A stretch of DNA of 63,246 nucleotides, filler included, from Cercozoa sp. M6MM (lineage: Eukaryota; Protista; Endomyxa: Ascetosporea): assembly GCA_040357565.1 (NCBI GenBank). It is 9 parts of 9 records of this genome, joined end to end, with 100 filler letters (N's around TTAATTAATTAA, not from the genome) between each part and the next. Parts side by side here need not be neighbours in the genome. Positions count along the whole stretch, not along the records: positions 1 to 6,054 come from JBDODJ010000797.1; positions 6,155 to 20,207 come from JBDODJ010000340.1; 7 more parts are not named here. One strand, written 5' to 3'. Under the pieces are notes generated by a model that ran no database searches, was not told the origin of the DNA, and saw nothing but the letters and a program-made list of their open reading frames with translations. A program made the position numbers and the translations under genes. Within the stretch, counting starts at the first letter, position 1; each line of letters starts with the position of its first letter. Positions 1-12,679 of the stretch are shown here, piece after piece.

Positions 1-11
1 CCCAACTCTAG

Positions 12-756
12 GCATGCGCGACATGAATCGCTGTTTGGACGGCGACATTGTGCACGTCGAATTGCTGCCTGACACTGCCGAGGAGAAGGTGTGTCTCTGC
101 CCCTTACTCACCTACCTTCCTTACCTCCATACCTTACTCCCTACCCTTACCCCCTACCTTCCTTACCTCCTACTCCTTACCTCCTACCTTCCTTACCCCC
201 ACCTTCCTTACCTCCTACCTTCCTTACCTCCTACCTTCCTTACCCCCTACCCCCTACCCGCCCAGAGCGAGCCAGCGGGAGCGACGCTGGACAGCGAGAT
301 CGAGCGGCAGCAGGACACGAACGATGCCCTGGCCGTCGTTGAGGAGGCACAGGCGCCGCTCGAGCAACTCTACAGCACCGGCAGGCTGCGTGGCAGGGTT
401 TGACCCCCCTCCTCCTTTACCCCCCCCCCTACCCCCATGCAATAGGTCGTTCGTGTGGAGCGACGCAACTGGCGCGAGTACGCCGGTGCTCTCGAAGAGA
501 CGGTTTGCCTTATCCCTGCCCCATCCCTTACCTGCTCTTGCCCCCACCCCTTACCCCTGCTTCTACCCCCTTACCCCTACCCCTGCTTCTACCCCCTTAC
601 CCCCTACCCCACCTCTCGTAGACGAAGCAGACAGGCCGAGTGCTGTTCGTGCCGGTAGATGCGCGGATTCCCAAGGTGTGGATCGAGACGCGGCGCGTGC
701 AGGCTCTGCAGACGCAGCGCATCGTCGTGCGTGTCGACTCGTGGCCGCGCACGTCG
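12..756 (+). CDS. DIS3: DIS3/Rrp44-family exoribonuclease, middle exons (cold-shock/OB domains); partial and inverted relative to its 5' half
   Basis: Spliced exons read GMRDMNRCLDGDIVHVELLP...RGRVVRVERRNWREYAG...LFVPVDARIPKVWIETRR...RIVVRVDSWPRTS. These match DIS3 motifs NRA..DIVAVELLP, RNWR.Y.G and D.RIP.I.IETR...RI.V.ID.WP..S. GT-AG introns are filled with C-rich repeats. Confidence 0.85.
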
Positions 757-891
757 GTAGTTTTACCCCCCNNNNNNNNNNNNNNNNNNNNNNNNNNNNN
801 NNNNNNNNNNNNNNNNNNNNNNNNNNNNNNNNNNNNNNNNNNNNNNNNNNNNNNNNNNNNNNNNNNNNNNNCCCCCCCAAAGGAGACACAC

Positions 892-2249
892 CGCGAATCT
901 CGACAGGCCGGTCCAGACCCTTGGCGTACACGATGGCCTTCTTGTTGCTGAGTCCTCCACCGCGACGCACGTTGATCTTGCCCGTCACCACGCGGCCCTG
1001 GGATAGAGGGGGTAAAGGGGGAGGGGGGTAAAGGGGTAGACAAGGTGGGATCTACCTCATTCTTGGCGACCTCGACCTGCTCGGCCGACCAGAACTCCTC
1101 AAACGCAAAGTCACCAGTCTCCTGTCAGACCGGTAGGGGGGTGAAGGGGGTAAAGGGGGGTAAGGAGAGGTGAGGGGTAAACTACATCCTGTTCTAACTC
1201 ATCGGCGGCCAGCGAATCCACGAGCGACGGCAGCACGCGCTGCGTCCACTCGTGCACTACGGGGGAGGAGGTAAAAGGGATGGGGTAAGGGAGGTAAAGG
1301 GGTGGGGTAAGGGGAGGTAAAAGGGGTGGGTAAGAAGGGTAAAAGGGGTAAGGTAAAGGGAGGTGAAAGGGAGGAGAAAGATAGGCCAAACTGCACCAGT
1401 GTCGACGTGCGCGACGCCGAGCTGCAGCAGTCGCTGCTTGGTGTCGGCCTTGTGACACACGACACGCAGCGTCGTGCCACAGGTCCATCTCTGCAGTCAC
1501 ACAAGACACCGATGACTGGTCCAAGTGTACTGTCCAACTGGACTTGTCCCTCCCTACTGGACCTCCCACATAGACCATTTGTACTACCTGCTGTAGCCAC
1601 TCGTACGTCACGGCGAGTGTTCGAATACGCCGATCGCGCGCTGTCTCGTGCTAGCTGAGGGGTAGGGGTAAAGGGGTAAGGGGTAGGGGTAAAGGGGTAA
1701 GGGGTAAGAACACACCGGCATGCGACGCAGACGCGTCTCGCGCAGGTGTTCGTTGGCCAGCGTTGCCACCAGTCCTTGCTTCTTGAGCGACACGTTCTGC
1801 AGCACGTGCTCGCGCAGCTGCCGGTAGCCGCGGTGGCTACAGGCCAAGTCTTGCGGTGTGTATGCAAGGTCATGTGCAAAAAACTGTTACTTGCGGGAAC
1901 GCGCGTCTTCGAGAACACTCTGCAGCAGCAGAAAGCTGCACTGCGCTGATGTACTCGGGTGCAGCAGGAGGTCCCGTTGCATCACCTGCATACCGGAGTG
2001 TGACCCTTCACTCTCCCACCCAGACAACACATACCAGACAGTCGGCGTCGAACACGACAGTGTCGCGATCGGTGGCGACAGTAGGCGCCTCCAAGTCATC
2101 GCGCAGGTAGTGCTCTGTGTGCCAAATACGTAATCCCACAAGCCAACCACATTATCATTTTATCATTTTTGATAGGAAAGTGGACCGCGCGAAAACTTGA
2201 GCACAGCGCCACGGCGACTACGCCGATACACTGTCTTCTGAACGTACAT
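892..2249 (-). CDS. DIS3: DIS3/DIS3L-like exoribonuclease, 5' half (degenerate PIN domain)
   Basis: ATG at 2249. Spliced: MYVQKTVYRRSRRGAVLKFSR|EHYLRDD...VVFDADCL|VMQRDLL...LLLQSVLEDA...LANEHLRET...P|HETARDRRIRTLAVTYEWL...GKINVRRG...VEIR|G. This matches the DIS3 N-terminus (K..RSG.V.K.VREHYLRDD; F.NEH..ET). Confidence 0.85.
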
Positions 2250-2810
2250 CTGCTCTAACTGAGACAGACGCGCTGCCTGAAGACCTGGACTAAAAATTAA
2301 AAAAAAACTACTTCTTGTAGTGCCGTACTGTGCTTGTACATTTTTGTACGGCAACGACCATGATCGATCTCAGCAGTCAGTTTACTAGTCTGTTGTTTTG
2401 CTGGCGATCGCTAACAATCAGCACACTAATATCGGTTTTAAGCGAGGTTGATAGGTATTGTCGATGAAATCTCGAAAATTCTGAAATGCGGTGTAGCCAC
2501 TTTTTCGAAAACCCCACAAGACCACCTATACCCAAGCGGGGACTCAGTGGCACTTAAACACAATGTAACAAAATGATGTTGGCCTTTTAGAAGCGTGTTT
2601 GAAGGGTTTGGGTCTGTGGGTTTTTGCCCCGGTTCCCGGGGCTCACAAACTCACGTTTGCGTTAACAGGGCACCTCAAATGCCCTAGGTGCCTTGGCTTG
2701 CACGTGTGGTTTGTGGTTTCCGTTTTTTTGTGTTCTCTGTTTCCGTTTCTGTTTTTTCGCGAGAGTCGCGAAACTGGGTTGACTTTATTGGAGTCTTCCC
2801 GAGTGGCGAA

Positions 2811-3887
2811 ATGCCTTTTGCGAGCAGGTCTGTCACCACAGAGCGCCAGACTGATGTCGCTAAGGGCACGCATTTGTCGTGCACGGGCGACTCGTCGGCT
2901 CGAGACATGACTGAGAGTGTCAAAACGAGTTCCTCTCCACCTTGCTCGGCGCCGTCGCAGCGCCGGCGTCCGCGCCTGCGTCTGGTGCGACGCTCGAGCT
3001 CGGTGTCTCCTCCGGTGCCTCCAATGCCTGCCCTCACAGGCACGTCGCCGCGCAAGGACGAGCTTCTGCGTCGGCACGTGCGCGAGGTGCTTGAAGCGCC
3101 GCGTCGCCTCGTGGCCAAGAAGCAGCGCGCAGTGCCGCAAGCGAGAGCCGCGAGTGTGCTGCCGCGACGCCGTTCGCGCGAGCCGGCGCTGGACGTGCGC
3201 GATCCTCGTTTTCGACGAGCGCTGCGCTCGTTCGTGGACCCGCGGTCCCGTAACAGGTGTGTTTGTGTGTTTATGTGTGTCGGTGTGTCTTGTGAATACG
3301 TTGTGTGTGTGTGTGTGTGGCAGCATGCCATCGCCAGGCCGCAGTGCGGCGCTGAGCGCGACAAAACGGCTGCGGCGCGCGCGACCAGACGCTGCGACCT
3401 CGACTCTAGCCGATCGCCTGAGCGCCGAGATGGGAGCGCAGTACTCGCGCATCGAGTGGGTCTCGTGCCGCAGCCTGCCAAGTCGCCGTGTTCCCTTCGC
3501 CGAGGGTGACTTTTGGCCATATGCTTTTCGCGTGTGACACTCCACGCAACCCCAACAACTCGATTGACGTGTTCCGTCACCATTATAGGACATGCCGTAC
3601 TGTGCGCAAAGCACCTCGAGTGTCATGATAGCGTTCTGGACGACGCTTTCGCGTCGCTCGTGTGGGCAGCTACTCCACGTGAAGTTGAAGCACGCTGGAA
3701 GCAGCTCGTATCTTTGGCCACACTCACGCGCACACGCACATGTGTTTTGGGTTCTTTTTGTGGGCTTGCACCCCCGGTTGGTTTTTGCACTCAGTTCTGT
3801 GTCGCGAGCACACCGACTCTGACTGACTCAGATGGAGAACAACCCAGTGGCAGCAGCTCCAGTGTTCGGCGCACTTTGTTTGAGTGA
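2811..3887 (+). CDS. Hypothetical Arg/Ser-rich protein (about 4 exons)
   Basis: Frame-consistent GT-AG exon chain ending ...SSVRRTLFE-TGA. No recognisable domain; start could be 2811 or 2907. Confidence 0.45.
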
Positions 3888-4169
3888 GCCCACGTCGTGC
3901 AGTGCGCTTGCTTGCTCCTTGTTTCTTTGGCCAGCGAACACACGGGTTTGGAGCCTTGGTGGCTCGCTACCACAGTGTGCGACTGACTGACTTACACACA
4001 GACACTCAAGAGTGTCCTTGTTTATAGTTGCCCGTAGTGCCACGATTAATGCCGAGTCAGTTAGCATAGTCAATTATCGTATTTCCTGCATTGCGTCACT
4101 GATCAACTGAGATCGAAAGTGAGTTCTGGTCAATCACAATAATAAGAAAAGAGAGCCGGGTCTGGATCG

Positions 4170-5015
4170 TCACACGAGGGCGTTTGACGAGTCGTCACTC
4201 TCAGCGAACAAGTCGGCCCAGGAGAGAACGGCGTCGACGAACTGCTTGCACTCGCGTCTAAGCAGACAAGGGGTGCTCGTGACCCCTTACCCCCCCCCCC
4301 CCCCCAGAGTATGTACCGATTCTGCGCGCGGAACTCGTAGACGCGGCCGCCGACGACTTCGATGTCGAAGCGACAGCCGGCCGGCTTCTTGAACGGACGC
4401 ACGTTGCAGCTGCGGATGCGGGCGAACTCTGAGATAGGGAGCGAAAGGGGTACAGGAGCCAGAGAGGGTAAGGAGTGAGAAAGGATTCAGAGAGGTACCA
4501 ATGGTGCCCAGAGGCTCGCCACGTAGCTCAGGCATCGCGACTAAACGACGGTAGGGTAGGGGTAAAGGAGGCAAAGGAGGTGGAGAAAAGGGGCAAAAAC
4601 CATCGTCGGCGCACTTAAAGTAGACCAGCCCCGAGTCCTACAGGGAAACAGTAGATGCATACATACATACACACGTACGTACATACATACATACATACAT
4701 ACATACAACATACATACATATACGCACATACATATATACATACATACATATACGCACATACATATATACATACATACATACATACATACATACATACATA
4801 CATACATACATACATGCATACATACACATANNNNNNNNNNCAGACATACATACATACATACATACATACATACATACATACATACATANNNNNNNNNNNN
4901 NNNNNNNNNNNNNNNNNNNNNNNNNNNNNNNNNNNNNNNNNNNNNNNNNNNNNNNNNNNNNNNNNNNNNNNNNNNNNNNNNNNNNNNNACATACATACAT
5001 ACATACATACATACA

Positions 5016-5047
<32 letters not shown>

Positions 5048-6054
5048 CATACATACATACATACAACAGGCAGACATACAACATACATACATATACATAC
5101 ACACATGCATACATACATACACACATACATACATACATACATACATACATACATGCATACATGGATACACATGGAGAAGACTACCTCAGCCACGAGTCGA
5201 ACGAAGCGTTTCTTCCAATTGCGCAGACCTGTCGCGATACAAGGAATCAGGGGATTGGAGGGATGGAAGGGGGAGGGGTAAACTTACCTCGAATGGCGTT
5301 AGGGTTCTTCTTCCATAGCACACCTTCGCATTGCCTATCGGGGGGAGGGGTAAATAAGGTAGGGGGTAAGATGGGGGGTAAGATGGGGGGGTAGGAAGGT
5401 ACCGAACACGTCGAGTGGCGTACACAGCGGCAGGAGTACTGACGACCTCGGCCACTTCGGGTGCCAACATGCCTGTCCGCGCGGACATACACAAATACAC
5501 AAAAGTGTCACAGCACAAGCCTACGCTGCTTGGACGAAGGACTGTGCAACAAGCCGCTCGTTGTATCGACCGAGGAGCCTGGGGGTAAGGGGTAAGGGTA
5601 AGGGATAAGGGGTAAGGGGTAAGGAGTAAGGGGAGGGGTAAGGGGTAAGGGAGGTCCTTAGGGGGTAGGGTAAGGGCAGACTACCCAGCATACTACGTCG
5701 TGACAGACTCGGCGAGCACGCCGAGTACTCATCGTCCTCATCGCTTGGCACCTCGACAATTGGACTCGAGTCTGGGACGGGGGGTGGGGGTAGGGGTATA
5801 AGGGGTAGGAGGTATGGGGTAGGGGTATAGGGGGGTAAGGAAGGGGTATGAAGGGGGGTAAAGCACTATCGCAGGACGCAGTGGCGCCCGAGCAGAGCGC
5901 GGCCGCCAGACCGGCGTTGATGGAGGCGCCTTGCGACTCGGCGAACACGCCGTAGCTGCGCGTGTCGCTGCGCGCGTCGCGGCCCTTTCGGCTCCCGTCC
6001 GCGCGGACACTGCTGCGCCGACGCACTCGCAGCGACGCCTTGGCTATCTCTGGG
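4170..6054 (-). CDS. Protein with C-terminal PH domain, 5'-truncated by contig end
   Basis: Spliced: QCEGVLWKKNPNAIR|GLRNWKKRFVRLVAE|.GLVYFK...CRFDIEVVGGRVYEFRAQNR|RECKQFVDAVLSW...TGA, the typical PH pattern (G.L.K...WKKR.F.L...L.YF...F.I....R.Y.F.A). Confidence 0.75.
4657..5160. repeat. (TACA)n / (TGTA)n microsatellite filling an intron of the PH-domain gene, with assembly gaps
   Basis: Seen directly as tandem TACA units. Confidence 0.95.
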
Positions 6055-6154
6055 NNNNNNNNNNNNNNNNNNNNNNNNNNNNNNNNNNNNNNNNNNNNTT
6101 AATTAATTAANNNNNNNNNNNNNNNNNNNNNNNNNNNNNNNNNNNNNNNNNNNN
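6055..6154. other. Artificial contig linker (Ns around TTAATTAATTAA, stops in all six frames). Same linker at 20208-20307, 31265-31364, 39023-39122, 53735-53834, 57322-57421, 60711-60810 and 61999-62098
   Basis: Identical 12-mer centred in exactly 100 bp, eight times; genes are truncated at these points. Confidence 0.97.
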
Positions 6155-6207
<53 letters not shown>

Positions 6208-6247
6208 TATGTGTGTATGTGTGTGTGTATGTGTGTGTGTGTGCTAG

Positions 6248-8085
6248 GAGCACGTCGGACGTGTTCCTGCCGCCAGTGCTGTGGCACATGTTCAGTCAAG
6301 ATACGTACCAGAGTGTGTCATTAAAGTTGCGCGTGTTGCCAGCGCTAGAATGTCGGCACGAACGACCAATTCTTCCTGTGGTACCGCTTGAATCAGTTTC
6401 CGTGTGACTAAGTCAGCAAGAAACTGTGTTGTACACTAAGGCATCAAGTGTCACGCTGAGTCGCGTTGTGACTCCCAACACAGACGGCCAGACTGACTAC
6501 ACTCGTGTAACCTTCCTTGATTTCTGACTCAATGTGCATTTATGTGCTTGCATGTCTACTCAGGCTATTGCGGAGTACTTGTTGTCCAACACTGCGCCCA
6601 TTCGTTTGGGTACCTTTTCCGGGATGTTAGTACCTTTGATGAACTTGCCTGTTTCTGTGCATGTGTAACAGGCGAAGTACTTCGCGTGCCTTGCGAGAAC
6701 AACGCCTCGGTTCCTTTGTTTTTTTTTTGTACGCTATGTTCTAACCTTCGTTGTGTCTGCGCAGTGCGTCACGTGTGCTGCCGATGCCGCTCACGTGTTC
6801 GTTCGTGTCTCGCGGATTCGCGGCGGTGATACTGACACTAATGTTGATACCAACGGTGCCAGTGACAGTGTCAATGCCGACGATCAGACCGCTGACATGT
6901 GGGTGACCACTGACACAGCCGTATCGACTCACGGCTCCTGTCACGCCACAGTGTCACCACCACTGGCCTTGGTGTCATCAGTTATCAGTGACTGCACCGT
7001 CAGGGACCTGTACGACACGTGTCGCTCTACATTCAGTACCATGAATCCTAAAAATGCTGATATACATGTTATGTGTGCGTTTCTACATGAGTGTGTGTAA
7101 GTAGGCGGCCGGACTGGCCAGTTCCGTACGACACTATTGCTGTCTGCACGGTGCCTTTCTCTGGGATGAGACGAAACTAAGGGAGAGTGTTGATACACAT
7201 GTCTGATGCAGTGGCAACGACAAACGCCGCCGACTAGCGCAGCTTGCCTTTGCGTGCTCTGCGCAGTACCAGGTACTCACGGTTATACCTCTCTGGAGGT
7301 AGGTGGAGTATTAGCGATTTTAATACTTGCAGGAGGTCTGCGGTAGTCGCATGCGCGTCAGTGCCGACGGTCTGACGGGCGCACTCGCGGCTTTTGCCAA
7401 GCAACTGCATCGGTAGACTGCTCTCCCTCTCCGCAGTGTGTTGTACCTTGCTTGCTCTCCCTTGTGGTGCCTTTGCAGTTGTTTGTTGACTCGCGACTGT
7501 CTGCTGCATGTGCGCAACTTTGACCGACTGTTTGACCTGGTTAGTCGTTCTAAACCCATGCTTGTGACTATGCACTTCAACATTAACCCTGCTCAGAGCG
7601 ATTTCGAGAATGGAAAGGAACCTATCCAGAACGTTTCTTCAAGGGTACGATGCCTGACTTTTCTACCTTCTTGCCCTCTTTACAGCAATGTGTGTGTGTG
7701 TGTGTGTATGTGTGTGTGTGTGCACGTGTGTGCTCTGTGTCTGTAGGTGGCCGATTCTTTGCGACGAATCTTCGAAGAAGCACATCGTTCCGTGCGACAT
7801 TTCTCGCGCAGCAGTGTATACAACGAGTCTTCCTTCCCTTTCGATAGTATATGGCGCAAATGGCAAGTTTCAATGTCGCTGACAGAAACCAGTCCGCGTG
7901 GCCGTGGTCTGCACTGCCGATGCTAGGAGAACGACGCGGAAGGAGTCGCCCTTTGTCCAGAGAGGCGTGTTTGACGAGTGCGTGGAACTAGCGGCAGGCA
8001 CGACCTCGCAGCGTGCCGCACTGGCCTCGTTCTACGCCATCAGCGGTACTTGTTTGTTCTTGAGAAAGAGAGAGAGAGAGAGAGT

Positions 8086-8125
<40 letters not shown>

Positions 8126-8193
8126 AAAGAGAGAGAGAGAGAGAGAAAAGAGAGAGAGAGAGAGAGTGTGTGTGTGTGTGTGAGAGAGAGAGA

Positions 8194-8228
<35 letters not shown>

Positions 8229-10158
8229 TGTGTGTGTGTGTGTGTGTGTGAGGGAGAAATATGGTGTATGTTCGTGCTCATCACAGACAGCGAGGCCTCG
8301 CGAAAGAATCTTCTGCAACGCACTGCAGGCCTGCCTTCTCACAGGTGTGTTTGTCTCTTTGTCCAGTTAGGGGGCGCGCGTTTTGATAATTCACCTGTGG
8401 TCAGTCTGCGTGTTGCTGCCTCTTGCGCTGCGTTGGATGGCCTGCTCTCGCCGGTAGTTTCGCGGGTCAGAGACTACTTTATATTGCCGGGTTCACACTG
8501 AGTGTTTTCTGACAGGATGAAGATAGACTCGACGTCGCCGATCGTGCCAGCAAGGAGACTGCAGCTGCTGCGCGTCTGGACAGCGGCGCCACTGCCGACA
8601 TTCCCGACGTCAAGTGGTCCGACGTTGGCGGTACTCTTCCTATATATTCATTTTTTAGTCTCGTTTTTTATTGCACTGTTGCAGGACTGGCGCATGTGAA
8701 ACAACTCGTCAAAGAGACGATCGAACTGCCTTTATCGCGGCCTGAGGTGCGTGTTTTGTTTGCTTTGAACGAGTTAATGCGCGCTTGTGCACATGCATAC
8801 TTTCAGTTGTTTGGCAACGGCAATGTGAAACGTCGCAGTGGTCTCCTGTTCTTCGGACCGCCTGGCACAGGCAAGACTCTGGTGGCCAAGGCAGTCGCCT
8901 CCGAGTGCAGACTCGCCTTTTTGTCTGTGAAAGGACCCGAGTTGTTGGACAAGTATGTCGGCGAGAGTGAGCGCAAGGTGCGACAGGTGTTTGCCGACGC
9001 TCGAGCTGGTACTCTTTCGACTCGGAAGCTGTGCACGTCCCAATTAAACCAACTGCCTTGTGTGTGTGTGTATGTATGTACGTGCGTGTATGTGTGCGTG
9101 TGAGGTTGTGTGTGTGCGTGTCTGTGTTATGCAGCTCGGCCCAGTGTGCTCTTCTTTGACGAGTTGGACTCGTTGGCTCCCGCGCGTGGCGGCGGCGCCG
9201 ACGGAGGCGGAGTACCCTCTGTCTACACCACTATCCCTGCTTTATTGAACCACGTTTCTCAACAGGTGGCCGACCGGGTAGTTTCCTCGCTGCTGGCGGA
9301 ACTGGACGCACTTGCCACTTCGAACGATGTCTTTGTTCTAGTACCTTCTATATAAGGAACCAAAAGTTTATACTGGTGCACCCGCTTCTAAGGGTGCCAC
9401 GAATCGACCGGATCTGTTGGACGCTGCACTGCTTCGACCTGGTCGCTTGGACAAGTGCGCCTACCTGGGCGTGCCCTCTGACGACTCGGAGCAAGTGCGC
9501 ATGTTCTGACTCTGTGTGCCCGTAAGTGCTGTACTGCTCTCTCTGCAGGCACGCGTGCTCAAGGCCGTGTCGCGCAAGTTCCACATGGCGCAGTCGGTCG
9601 ACTTTGACGCTCTGGCCAGCACGCTGCCCAAGTGTCTCACTGGTATGTGCATAGGCCTTTCTTCTTCCTACCTCCCTCCCCCTGCATGAAGTAAGCTTCG
9701 TTGTAGGTGCCGATCTGTACTCGCTGGGCAATGCCGCTTTCTCTGAAGCGATGAGACGACAGTGTGTCGTGCTGGAGGTAGGCCAACTTACCATGGTTCC
9801 GTCTGGTGGTTCATTTGGACTGCCTTTGCTTGCTGCTTCAGGAGAAGGCTGAGGAAGCCGGAGTGCCGTGCGACGTGTTCTGCGAGCAGCTGGCGCAGTC
9901 TAACGACGACACTTTACTCCATGTTGTGGTCCATATTCCCTTGTATCTCCGACACTCTCTTTCTATTTCTGCTGCCGTTTGCGTTTTCTCAGGTGCAAGC
10001 ATCAGACTTCGAGCAAGCTGCAGCCCAATTGCGACCATCACTGAGTCGTATTATACCTTTACACAGATTGCGATACCCCAAAATTCTTCCGTTTGATGTT
10101 CCATGCAGCCAGCGAACTGGCCAAGTACGAAGAGCTGCGACGTCAGTTTGGTGCATGA
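6248..10158 (+). CDS. PEX6: Peroxisomal AAA+ ATPase PEX6 (5' end uncertain or truncated)
   Basis: Spliced D2 domain: [10 protein letters not shown]|[20 protein letters not shown]|LF...[46 protein letters not shown]...A|[18 protein letters not shown]...|[14 protein letters not shown]...|[21 protein letters not shown]...[20 protein letters not shown]. The 5' exons were not fully resolved. Confidence 0.92.
8067..8250. repeat. Compound (AG)n/(TG)n microsatellite in a PEX6 intron
   Basis: Alternating AG and TG dinucleotide blocks. Confidence 0.9.
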
Positions 10159-10340
10159 CTCAACCGCGTCGAGAATACCAGACGGAACTTCAGTTTCCTC
10201 TCATGCATCAGTTCATAAAGCGGAAGTCGACTGCGCAAAGCACGTGACATTGAAACAATAATAATACAATCAATGATCGCACACGATATTGACACAAGAA
10301 GGCTTTTACGCAGTCCGATGCACTTAAACGGATCCAATTA

Positions 10341-12664
10341 ATGGTGGAGGCTCCGCTAGTGCAAGTGCCGCAGGAGGAAGAGCGCTTGCTCGCCCAACAT
10401 TTGCGTGTGCGCCTTGACGATGTCTTGGAAAACGTACCATTGCTGGGGTTCCGCCCCATATGGATGGTTGTTGCCTCATTGCACCTGTATGTTTGTAGAT
10501 TGGTCTCGGTTGGCGCCACGTGTTGCTCGTGGTAGCGGCAGGTGTCGCGAATAGCACCGATGCCTTTGAAGTAGTTCGCACATCGCAAATATCGATATAC
10601 CACTTCTCCAGACAGCGTTTCTCCTGTGTCGCTTCAGGTGTTCATCGTGCCCTTTCTGCTGCCCGAAGCAGAGGATGACTTAAAACTGTCAGCTGCCCAA
10701 AAGGTCTGTCCTGTGGCATGCTTTTGCATCCTATCGCATTTGATACATCACATCGAAACGATAGGGTTGGCTGGCGTCGACTCAGTTTATTGGCAGTTTT
10801 TTCGGCGGCATTCTGCTGGGCGATCTCGGTAAGTTTACTTGCCCTCTTCTGCGAACTATAGTTAGGGTAGTTCTCTCTAAAACAGCCGATCGACGTGGAC
10901 GGAAACGCACGCTGCAGTTGTTGCTGCTCGGCTGCTTCCTGTCATCGTTCGCTTCCTCTTTCGCGAACTCGTTTGGCGCACTTTTTGTGCTCCGCATCTT
11001 TGCTGGTGCAGTTTCTCTTGTATTCTGTGCTGTTTTTGATATTCTTGGTATCTCAGTGTCCTTATAACTGTTTCGTTTTGGCAGGTTTCTTTGGAGGTGG
11101 TGCCGTACCAATCGCAATGCCCTATGTGGCCGAGTTCCTGCCGCCGTCGCGTCGCGGAGCGTGGCTGTTTGGCTTCTCGCTCAACTGGATGTGCGGCGCC
11201 ATTGTGGCCACAGCCATCGTACTTGCTTCTCCGTATTCTCATTGGCTCTGCTTGGATGTACCACGGTTGAACGGTGCAGGCCTGGGCCTCGCTGGAGTCG
11301 CTTGGCTGGCGCGTGTTCGTGCGACTGGCAGCCAGTGCGAGTGCTGTGGCTGGTTTGCTGCTGTGCGTAGTGCCAGAAAGCCCTCGGTCCATCCTTGTCA
11401 TGCAACCGGTATGCTGTCCGCATGTTTTATTCATTGTTTCATACTCGACGTGCACACTAGCAGAACGAGGAGGGCGTGCGCCGAGTGGCACGTACGCTGC
11501 ATCATCTGCGGCCGTCGGGTTCTTTGCAAGTCGATGCAGTGTATGATATGCTCGTGCAGCAGCAGTACTATGCAGAAGGTATTGTTTACTGCAAACTTGC
11601 TGCTCACACAGTATGTGCATTTGAAGCCGTGCATAGATGAAGAAAAACTCGGTGTCAAAGCGGCACTTCAGAGTGTTCTCGGGACGGATCGCAAGCTCTT
11701 TTTTGTATATCCTGTCATGCTGACTTGTCGTTGTTCCGTCACCCTGTATGTGTCATGTCATGCAGAGTGCACTGCTGACGTGGTTCTTGATCGGCTTTGG
11801 CTTCTATGGCTTCTTCTCATGGCAGCCGCAATACTTTAGCGACTTTGAGGAGGAGTACCTTTCCTACACGAAGAGTGTGCATGTGTAACCCTTGTGTGTA
11901 ACCCTTGTGTGCAGCTCCAACTACTACTTGACAATGTTCCTGACTTCACTGGCGCAGCTGCCGGGTATGCTCGTGTGCTGTAGTAGGTCTAGGGGTGTCG
12001 GGTGAGGCATGTATGTCTCACACAGGCAACCTGGCGGGCGTGGCGCTCGTGGACCGCATGGGCCGCCGTCGCATCGTGTTTGTGTCGATGCTACTGTCGG
12101 CCGTCGCAATGGCAGGCATCATGCACGTCACCTCGCACACGCAACTCACACTGGTACTTTGGCCTTGTTGTTGCAAGGGACATGCGATATCATGTCTTAC
12201 CTTCACTATCCTGTCATGCACGTAGGTGGCATGCGTCATCAGTGCCGTGCAAGTTTTTGGCTGGAACGCCTTGTCCATCCTGTCCACGGAACTTTTTTCT
12301 GCCAGGTACATGTGCTACACTGACACTGCCTACTGTACACTTCCGTATGCCTTCCATTAGAATGAGGACAACGCTGTTCGGCATATTTGCTGCCTCCTGT
12401 CGGATTGGTACAACTAGTGTAAACACCAAACCAGGAAATTCCACAACTGTACGGTGCGTGCGCAGGCGCAATCTTGGTCAACTTGCTCTTTGGCTATCTG
12501 TTCGAGGTACCTCTCTCTTTTACGTTTGCTCTGGTTTGTACGAATTGAGTGTGCACCAGTTGTCGAAGCAAGCGCCGCTGTACGTGAGCGCTGCGGTGTC
12601 GCTGTTGGGCGGTGTGGTTGCCATTGCGACATTGCCCAGAACGCGGCACTTTGCGCTCGATTAG
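10341..12664 (+). CDS. MFS transporter, SV2/SVOP-like
   Basis: Spliced: LDDVLEN|IGLGWRHVLL...NSTDAFE|VFIVPFLLP...LLGDL|ADRRGRKRTL (MFS motif A)...YVAEFLPPSRRG...GWRVF...VPESPR...VDRMGRR...TELF...RTTLFG; ends HFALD-TAG. Confidence 0.88.
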
Positions 12665-12679
12665 TTTGATAGTTCGGGT

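Noticed and set aside
2508-2625. Imperfect inverted repeat AAAACCCCACAAGACC / GGTCTGTGGGTTTT as a MITE
   Set aside because: Short and gapped, with no TSD and no second copy in the window.
4541-5281. ORFs rich in [16 protein letters not shown] or LSLS
   Set aside because: Translations of intronic microsatellites, not proteins.
6099-6110. Recurrent TTAATTAATTAA palindrome as a biological repeat or piggyBac-like TTAA site
   Set aside because: Always centred in exactly 100 bp of Ns; it is a pipeline linker with six-frame stops.
8631-10110. Introner elements explaining the high intron density
   Set aside because: Introns show no shared non-repetitive sequence, TIRs or consistent TSDs by eye.
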